Positions 47,363 to 51,914 of a stretch of DNA of 64,000 bases are shown piece by piece. Every line of letters begins with the position of its first letter. The first letter of the stretch is position 1. The stretch lies in the sequence record NC_019407.1; one strand, written 5' to 3'. The notes beneath the pieces are model-generated. The model saw nothing but the letters and a program-made list of their open reading frames with translations, was not told where the DNA came from and did not search any database. The position numbers and the translations under genes are program-made.

Positions 47363-47370
47363 CAACCATT

Positions 47371-47433
47371 ATGACGCACCTCCTGACCCGTTACGAACGC
47401 GAGGCCACCGGCCTCGATACCACCACCGCCTAA
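47371..47433 (+). CDS. Leaderless 20-aa leader peptide MTHLLTRYEREATGLDTTTA
   Basis: ATG 8 nt after the -10; contains GAA, GAG and GAT codons; followed by hairpin(s) and TTTT. Confidence 0.5.
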   Translation: MTHLLTRYEREATGLDTTTA

Positions 47434-47467
47434 AAGCGGTTCTGGTAACCGAGGCCTTTTGTCATGT

Positions 47468-47545
47468 GGCCCGGTCGTCTAGCGGTTTGCAGGATTCGTG
47501 ACTTTCAATCACGAGAGCGGAGTTCGAGTCTCCGTCGGGCCTCCA
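47468..47545 (+). tRNA. tRNA-Glu(TTC)
   Basis: Loop CT-TTC-AA, CCA. Confidence 0.9.
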
Positions 47546-47568
47546 CCCCCAAAGCCTCCTCTGAGCTT

Positions 47569-47643
47569 GGTGCGTTCGTATATCGGTCAATACTCCGGAT
47601 TGTCGATCCGGCAAGAGGGGTTCGATTCCCCTACGCACCGCCA
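47569..47643 (+). tRNA. tRNA-Asp(GTC)
   Basis: Loop TT-GTC-GA, G73, CCA. Confidence 0.9.
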
Positions 47644-47654
47644 GGGCTTTCCCA

Positions 47655-47813
47655 ATGCCGCTTCAGTCGGGTTCGAGCGACGCCGTCGTCTCGCACAACA
47701 TCGCCAAGCTGATCGACGAGGGCTACTCCAAGGAGCAGGCCGTGGCGATCGCCCTCTCCCAGGCGCGCAAGCCGCGCCGTCCGAAGGTCTCGCGCGGCTC
47801 GCGCCGGCGCTGA
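47655..47813 (+). CDS. 52-aa basic protein [42 protein letters not shown]...
   Basis: Read by eye; PLxxGxS..NI..QAVAIAL pattern of small phage proteins. Confidence 0.7.
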   Translation: MPLQSGSSDAVVSHNIAKLIDEGYSKEQAVAIALSQARKPRRPKVSRGSRRR

Positions 47814-47883
47814 TCTCGCCTCGCTAAAGCACCCCAGGTCCCCGGCCTCGTCGTGAGGCCGGCTGCGGTTGCGCGAGGCTTCC

Positions 47884-48108
47884 ATGACCTTTCTTGATCT
47901 TCGTTCGCAGTCGAGCGCCGCGCTCCTGCGCCATGTGTCTTCCCGATCCCCGATGGCGGAAGCGGCTCGCACCGAGTTGCTGACCCGAGGCCTCGTCCCG
48001 CTCCTCACGCGGCACAACGGCTGGCGCCTCGCCCCGAGCGAGCCCTTTCCGCAGCATCTCATCCCGCGCCCCGATCCGCTCGCGAGGTTCACGTGGCGGG
48101 CGGGATGA
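47884..48108 (+). CDS. Hypothetical protein (74 aa)
   Basis: ATG at 47884 after GAGG. Confidence 0.55.
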   Translation: MTFLDLRSQSSAALLRHVSSRSPMAEAARTELLTRGLVPLLTRHNGWRLAPSEPFPQHLIPRPDPLARFTWRAG

Positions 48109-48128
48109 AGATTTTTCTCACGCCGTGC

Positions 48129-48157
48129 TTGACATCCGTCTGAAGTTGTGAGAGCCT
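48129..48157 (+). promoter_or_regulatory. Promoter of the 14-tRNA sub-operon
   Basis: TTGACA-N17-GAGCCT. Confidence 0.75.
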
Positions 48158-48251
48158 GTCCAACGTCACGGATCACGACACTCCTCGGAGTGCAAAAGCG
48201 CGATCCTTCGTTATTCCCTGGACGCCAGCGGGCGTCCGTTCGAGAGCCATC

Positions 48252-48389
48252 ATGTTCGCCTTGTCGCATAACAGCCTGAGCACGAAAGCCGCCTCCCCGG
48301 CGTCGCTTTCGCTTGCCCTGCTGGCGACGGCCACGAAGCCCTCGACCAAGCCGACCACCTCGGCCTCGCACTCGACGGATCACCTCTAA
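48252..48389 (+). CDS. 45-aa attenuator leader peptide MFALSHNSLSTKAASPASLSLALLATATKPSTKPTTSASHSTDHL
   Basis: 41/45 residues are P, T, K, L, H, A or S, the amino acids of the downstream tRNAs. Confidence 0.85.
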   Translation: MFALSHNSLSTKAASPASLSLALLATATKPSTKPTTSASHSTDHL

Positions 48390-48454
48390 GGTATCCCGTC
48401 TCGGGTGCAGGCCTTGGAGCCGCACCCGCTACCAACATCCTGTTGACCTAGCGC

Positions 48455-48491
48455 AAGGCGGCTCCCAGCAAGGAGACCGCCTTTTCTTTTT
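48455..48491 (+). terminator. Attenuator terminator before tRNA-Pro
   Basis: AAGGCGG-CTCC/GGAG-A-CCGCCTT followed by TTCTTTTT. Confidence 0.85.
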
Positions 48492-48503
48492 CGCGTTGAT
48501 CAT

Positions 48504-48579
48504 CGGGGTGTAGCTCAGTCGGTAGAGCGCTCGGTTCGGGACCGAGAGGCCGTGGGTTCGAGTCCCGCCACCCAGACCA
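48504..48579 (+). tRNA. tRNA-Pro(CGG)
   Basis: C1-G72, A73, loop TT-CGG-GA; G2.A71 mismatch. Confidence 0.9.
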
Positions 48580-48586
48580 ACGCCAT

Positions 48587-48661
48587 CGGGATGTAGCTCA
48601 GCGGTAGAGCGCGCGGCTGGGGGCCGCGAGGCCGCAGGTTCGAGACCTGCCACCCCGACCA
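48587..48661 (+). tRNA. tRNA-Pro(GGG)
   Basis: Loop CT-GGG-GG, CCA. Confidence 0.85.
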
Positions 48662-48666
48662 ACAAT

Positions 48667-48739
48667 GCTGCTGCGCCTGGATCGGCGCCGGCCCCTTGGT
48701 ATGGGGAAGTAGAAGGTTCAATTCCTTCCGGCAGCACCA
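48667..48739 (+). tRNA. tRNA-Thr(GGT), atypical D-arm
   Basis: G1-C72/C2-G71, loop TT-GGT-AT, T-loop TTCAATT; C at position 8. Confidence 0.65.
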
Positions 48740-48744
48740 ACAAC

Positions 48745-48814
48745 GCCGATGCCTCTAGGAGGACACGTCTTTCGTAATGACGTCAGGTGGGTGCGATCCC
48801 CACTTTCGGCTCCA
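48745..48814 (+). tRNA. tRNA-Thr(CGT)-like, reduced D-arm, T-loop TGCGATC
   Basis: G1-C72/C2-G71, U73, loop TT-CGT-AA, CCA; 70 nt. Confidence 0.55.
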
Positions 48815-48849
48815 TCAAGATGATCGAGGAGAGATCAGACGAAACAAAT

Positions 48850-48936
48850 GGATGTGTCACCTCAGTGGCGAGAGGACCGGGCTCTTAATCCGGCAGCGAA
48901 AGCTCATCGTGGGTTCGAGTCCCACCACATCCTCCA
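48850..48936 (+). tRNA. tRNA-Lys(CTT) with long variable arm
   Basis: Loop CT-CTT-AA; V-arm AGC-GAAA-GCT; 87 nt. Confidence 0.85.
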
Positions 48937-48941
48937 ATAAT

Positions 48942-49031
48942 GCACGAGTGACCCGAGCGGCGAAGGGCGTCGACTTTTAATCGACTGGGCGTCCAGCCTC
49001 ACCGAGGGTTCGAGTCCCTCCTCGTGCTCCA
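48942..49031 (+). tRNA. tRNA-Lys(TTT) with long variable arm
   Basis: Loop CT-TTT-AA; 18-nt V region; class II-like D-arm; 90 nt. Confidence 0.85.
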
Positions 49032-49037
49032 AAATGT

Positions 49038-49123
49038 GCGAAAGTGGCGGAACAAGGTAGACGCACCGGTCTCAGGTACCGGCGGCTTCGGTCATGAGGG
49101 TTCGAGTCCCTCCTTTCGTACCA
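49038..49123 (+). tRNA. tRNA-Leu(CAG)
   Basis: Class II cloverleaf, loop CT-CAG-GT. Confidence 0.9.
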
Positions 49124-49130
49124 ACGACAT

Positions 49131-49215
49131 GCCGGTCTGGCGGAAATGGCAGACGCAGTGGCTTCAAGTCCCACCGCCTTCGGGCGTCCCGGTTCGATGC
49201 CGGGGACCGGCACCA
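49131..49215 (+). tRNA. tRNA-Leu(CAA)
   Basis: Loop TT-CAA-GT. Confidence 0.9.
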
Positions 49216-49221
49216 CCATGA

Positions 49222-49309
49222 TGCGAAGTGGCGGAATTTGGTAGACGCACCGGCATGAGAGGCCGGCGCCCTTCGGGGCGTGAGGGTTCGAGTCCCTTCT
49301 TCGCGACCA
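49222..49309 (+). tRNA. tRNA-Leu(GAG)
   Basis: Loop AT-GAG-AG. Confidence 0.85.
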
Positions 49310-49322
49310 AAGACGAGATCAT

Positions 49323-49394
49323 GCCGGCCGGCGCAGGCGCGCGGGGGAGGTTGTGTCCCTCCTTGGCTCAGTTCGATACTGAGGGTCGGTTCCA
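49323..49394 (+). tRNA. tRNA-His(GTG), minimal D-loop, no G-1
   Basis: Loop TT-GTG-TC; 7/5 stems; D-arm GCGC-AGGC-GCGC. Confidence 0.7.
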
Positions 49395-49399
49395 GTTAC

Positions 49400-49470
49400 G
49401 GGGTATGCGCAGGGCGCAGGCATCCTTTGCAAGGAAGTCGGGGTGGGTTCGAGTCCCACATACTCCACCA
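49400..49470 (+). tRNA. tRNA-Ala(TGC), minimal D-arm
   Basis: G3.U70 identity pair, A73, loop TT-TGC-AA. Confidence 0.8.
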
Positions 49471-49474
49471 ATAC

Positions 49475-49562
49475 GGTAGGTTGGCTGAGAGGCCTAAGGC
49501 GCCCGTTTCGAAAACGGGAGAACCGCAAGGTTCCGTGGGTTCGAATCCCACACCTACCTCCA
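49475..49562 (+). tRNA. tRNA-Ser(CGA)
   Basis: Long V-arm, loop TT-CGA-AA; U73. Confidence 0.9.
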
Positions 49563-49566
49563 ACAT

Positions 49567-49654
49567 GGATGTATGGCTGAGAGGCCGAAGGCGCCCGCTT
49601 GGAAAGCGGGTGAACCGCAAGGTTCCGTAGGTTCGAATCCTACTGCATCCGCCA
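49567..49654 (+). tRNA. tRNA-Ser(GGA)
   Basis: Long V-arm, G73. Confidence 0.9.
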
Positions 49655-49658
49655 ACAT

Positions 49659-49745
49659 GGTAGGTGGTTCCGGCCTGGGGCCGGACCCGGTTGCTAACCG
49701 GCCGGAGCCGCAAGGCTTGGGGTTCGATTCCTCCTCCTACCGCCA
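49659..49745 (+). tRNA. tRNA-Ser(GCT) with 8/4 fold and 6-7 bp D-stem
   Basis: 8-bp acceptor (one U.U), 4-bp T-stem, TCCGGC/GCCGGA D-stem, G73. Confidence 0.8.
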
Positions 49746-49753
49746 CTTCGATG

Positions 49754-50008
49754 TTGACACCCGCGACGCGGCCTGTCATACGTCACGACAGAGCGAACAC
49801 CCCCCGGCCGGGTTTGTTGTCATACCGGGTCGTCACGCCCCGTCGGGGCTCTAGTAGCTCTTCGTGTGGAGTTTTCCGCCTCCCTCCCAGACAAGGAGGC
49901 GGACCCAACCAACATCGCGATCTCCCGTGATCGTCGGCGACGGGCGCCGTCAGAGACCTTTGCCTGCGCGGCTCCGCTGCGGCCCTGGTCTCGTCCCGAC
50001 CAAATTTT
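49754..50008 (+). ncRNA. Promoter plus candidate structured non-coding transcript(s) ending in CCA-AATTTTTT
   Basis: TTGACA-N17-CATACG; multiple stems; no convincing ORF. Confidence 0.45.
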
Positions 50009-50021
50009 TTCGTCGTGGTGC

Positions 50022-50050
50022 TTGACACTGCGAAACTGTTCTGCTAGGGT
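50022..50050 (+). promoter_or_regulatory. Promoter of the 12-tRNA sub-operon
   Basis: TTGACA-N17-TAGGGT. Confidence 0.85.
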
Positions 50051-50057
50051 TCACGTC

Positions 50058-50156
50058 ATGAGCAAGACCTATCGTCAATTTGTGCGCCAGATTCAGGTCG
50101 TCCGGAATATCCGGGCGGGCCGCTCGCGCATGGCTGACGAAGGGTTCAGGGACTAG
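50058..50156 (+). CDS. Leaderless 32-aa attenuator peptide MSKTYRQFVRQIQVVRNIRAGRSRMADEGFRD
   Basis: ATG 7 nt after the -10; codons 5-19 are all Y/R/Q/F/V/I/N, matching the downstream tRNAs. Confidence 0.85.
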   Translation: MSKTYRQFVRQIQVVRNIRAGRSRMADEGFRD

Positions 50157-50186
50157 GTCCCACACCACGCTCAACCAGCTTTCGAG

Positions 50187-50223
50187 AGGCCCGCCTGGAA
50201 ACCCCAGGCGGGCCTTTTCTTTT
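50187..50223 (+). terminator. Attenuator terminator before tRNA-Tyr
   Basis: 12-bp AGGCCCGCCTGG/CCAGGCGGGCCT followed by TTTCTTTT. Confidence 0.9.
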
Positions 50224-50258
50224 CCCCCTTTCGATCACGGAGATCGCCAAACAGACAC

Positions 50259-50343
50259 GGATGCTTAAAGCTGGAGGGCTCCAGCCGGGGACTGTAAATC
50301 CCCTCTCTTCGGAGGAGTGGTTCGATCCCACAAGCATCCACCA
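50259..50343 (+). tRNA. tRNA-Tyr(GTA) with 8/4 fold and 6-bp D-stem/4-nt D-loop
   Basis: GGATGCTT/AAGCATCC, GCTGGA-GGGC-TCCAGC, GGGGA-CTGTAAA-TCCCC, GTGG/CCAC, A73. Confidence 0.85.
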
Positions 50344-50348
50344 ACCAC

Positions 50349-50424
50349 GGACTCGTAGCTCAGCAGGTAGAGCGCCGGCTTGAAACCCCGGAGGTCGGAG
50401 GTTCGACTCCTCCCGTTTCCACCA
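50349..50424 (+). tRNA. tRNA-Phe(GAA)
   Basis: Loop TT-GAA-AC; two acceptor mismatches. Confidence 0.85.
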
Positions 50425-50429
50425 ACAAC

Positions 50430-50505
50430 GCCCGATGAGCCAGATGGGAAGGCGCCGCCGTGACATGGCGGGATTGAGAAGGTTCGATTCCTTCATCAGG
50501 CACCA
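50430..50505 (+). tRNA. tRNA-Val(GAC)
   Basis: Loop GT-GAC-AT. Confidence 0.85.
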
Positions 50506-50507
50506 AT

Positions 50508-50583
50508 GCAAGTGTAGCTCAGTTGGTAGAGCAGCGGACCGATAATCCGCCCGTCCCTGGTTCGAGTCCAGGCATTTGCACCA
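50508..50583 (+). tRNA. tRNA-Ile(GAT), C33
   Basis: Loop CC-GAT-AA. Confidence 0.85.
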
Positions 50584-50590
50584 ATTCTGA

Positions 50591-50665
50591 TGTGGCATAG
50601 CTCAGGGGTAGAGCGCGCGCTTGATAAGCGTGAGGTCGGGGGTTCGAAGCCCTCTGCCACTACCA
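50591..50665 (+). tRNA. tRNA-Ile(GAT), second copy
   Basis: Loop TT-GAT-AA; U1.U72 mismatch. Confidence 0.85.
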
Positions 50666-50698
50666 GTTTCCAGGCCGGCGGAGATGCGCCGGACCTGA

Positions 50699-50774
50699 TG
50701 GCGTTTAGCATAGTGGGAGTGCAGGGGTGTCACATACCTCGATCGAACTGGTTCGATTCCAGTAACGCCAACCA
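50699..50774 (+). tRNA. tRNA-Val(CAC)
   Basis: Loop GT-CAC-AT. Confidence 0.85.
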
Positions 50775-50779
50775 AATGT

Positions 50780-50853
50780 TGAGGGTTCGTCTAATGGTAG
50801 GACGGCTGGGTCTGGTCCAGCTAATCTAGGTTCGAGTCCTAGCCCCTCATCCA
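50780..50853 (+). tRNA. tRNA-Gln(CTG)
   Basis: U1-A72, loop GT-CTG-GT. Confidence 0.85.
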
Positions 50854-50860
50854 AGCTTGT

Positions 50861-50934
50861 TCTCGGGTGGTCTAATGGTAAGACATCTGGTTTTGGTCCA
50901 GAGGATTGGGGTTCGATTCCTTGGCCGAGAACCA
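50861..50934 (+). tRNA. tRNA-Gln(TTG)
   Basis: U1-A72, loop TT-TTG-GT. Confidence 0.85.
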
Positions 50935-50949
50935 ACTATTTGAATTTAT

Positions 50950-51024
50950 TCCAGTCAATGCACAAGGTGTGCAGCGGCACTGTTAATGCCTGTGAGCCCG
51001 GTTCGATTCCGGGGTCTGGAGCCA
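50950..51024 (+). tRNA. tRNA-Asn(GTT)
   Basis: U1-A72, G73, loop CT-GTT-AA. Confidence 0.85.
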
Positions 51025-51050
51025 ACATGCCGGCCTCGGCCGGCACATGC

Positions 51051-51133
51051 GCCCTGGTAACCGAGGGGGATTACGAATCCCTTAGTCGTAGCAGGAGTTG
51101 AAAAGGGTGGTTCGAATCCACTCCAGGGTGCCA
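51051..51133 (+). tRNA. tRNA-Arg(ACG)-like lacking a D-arm, with 22-nt extra region
   Basis: 7-bp acceptor, only TAACCGA before the anticodon stem, loop TT-ACG-AA, normal T-arm, CCA. Confidence 0.65.
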
Positions 51134-51140
51134 AATTCAT

Positions 51141-51223
51141 AGCGCGCAGGCCGAGCAGGATCATCGTCAGGCGTCGCCCTCCGAAGGCGAAGAGGCCCGG
51201 TTCGAGTCCGGGGCGCGCTGCCA
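51141..51223 (+). tRNA. tRNA-Arg(CCG) with enlarged D-loop
   Basis: Loop CT-CCG-AA; 17-nt D-loop. Confidence 0.8.
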
Positions 51224-51226
51224 TCC

Positions 51227-51304
51227 GCGCGGGTAGCTCAATGGACCCAGAGCAGCCGTCTTCTACACGGTGGGTTGGGGGTTCGAGTCCCTCCCCGCGC
51301 GCCA
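51227..51304 (+). tRNA. tRNA-Arg(TCT)
   Basis: Loop CT-TCT-AC. Confidence 0.9.
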
Positions 51305-51307
51305 AAC

Positions 51308-51650
51308 TTGACGGGCGATGTCGAATCGCCGAGGATCAAACCGTAGGCCTCTTCCCGTGGGCCTGACATATACGTCCGCCAGCACTGCCATTCCGCGTCA
51401 GCGGGCGCGGCGCGAGGAGGGTTAACCCCTCGTTGTCGTGCAGCCGGGTGGTGTGGACGTCCCAACGTGATCTTCGAACGCGGCATGCCGTGGAGGGGTG
51501 ATCGGATGGCGAACCAAGGGACACCTCCTTATCCTAGCCTGGGCCGCATGGGGCTCCGCTGGGAGAAACGGCCTGACCCGACCGGAGGTGCGTCCAGGAT
51601 GCCGGCTCTCCATGCCAGAGTCTCGTGGACTAGGGTCTGAAATTTTTTCT
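51308..51650 (+). ncRNA. Promoter plus candidate ~310-nt structured RNA
   Basis: TTGACG-N17-GAGGAT; many nested stems; ORFs have atypical codon usage; ends at TTTTTT. Confidence 0.4.
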
Positions 51651-51662
51651 GGCGCTGATGTG

Positions 51663-51794
51663 TTGACACTCCTCGGAGGCTCGGCTAAAACCAGCAGCGT
51701 CAGAGCGGCGTTGGACCACGAGGTCCGCCGCGAGCTTCTGCGTTGTCGTCAGGAACGGCCCGTCAGCAATCCCGCTGGCGGGTCGTTTCGTTTT
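51663..51794 (+). ncRNA. Promoter plus candidate ~100-nt sRNA with its own terminator
   Basis: TTGACA-N17-TAAAAC; rod hairpin; 13-bp terminator with AATCCC loop followed by TTCGTTTT; no ORF. Confidence 0.55.
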
Positions 51795-51830
51795 GGGCGC
51801 AATGCGACGTTCAGTCCAACCATGGGTAGT

Positions 51831-51869
51831 GTCATGAATCTTGACTTTCGGCGCTTATTCCGGTAGCTT
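51831..51869 (+). promoter_or_regulatory. GANTC/-35 promoter
   Basis: GTCATGAATC-TTGACT-N17-TAGCTT. Confidence 0.7.
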
Positions 51870-51914
51870 GCCCGACATCAGCAAACGCTCACAAGTCGGG
51901 GACCGAGAGCCGTC

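Noticed and set aside
48164-48440. tmRNA or permuted tmRNA (GCAAAA frame, CTACCA end)
   Set aside because: No T-arm or acceptor G3.U70 pairing; the leader-peptide and attenuator model explains the sequence much better.
48667-48739. tRNA-Pro(TGG) reading of this gene
   Set aside because: That register gives a poor anticodon stem; G1-C72 fits Thr, and the leader has ACC but no CCA codon.
51506-51640. 44-aa ORF with GGAGG SD
   Set aside because: Atypical codons and SD buried in a stem; treated as part of a candidate ncRNA, but not excluded.
48177-51678. Exact 14-bp repeat GACACTCCTCGGAG (48177, 51665) and 12-bp GTGGAGTTTTCC (49866, 52424)
   Set aside because: Matches of this length are expected by chance in a 64-kb GC-rich window, and no shared context was evident.
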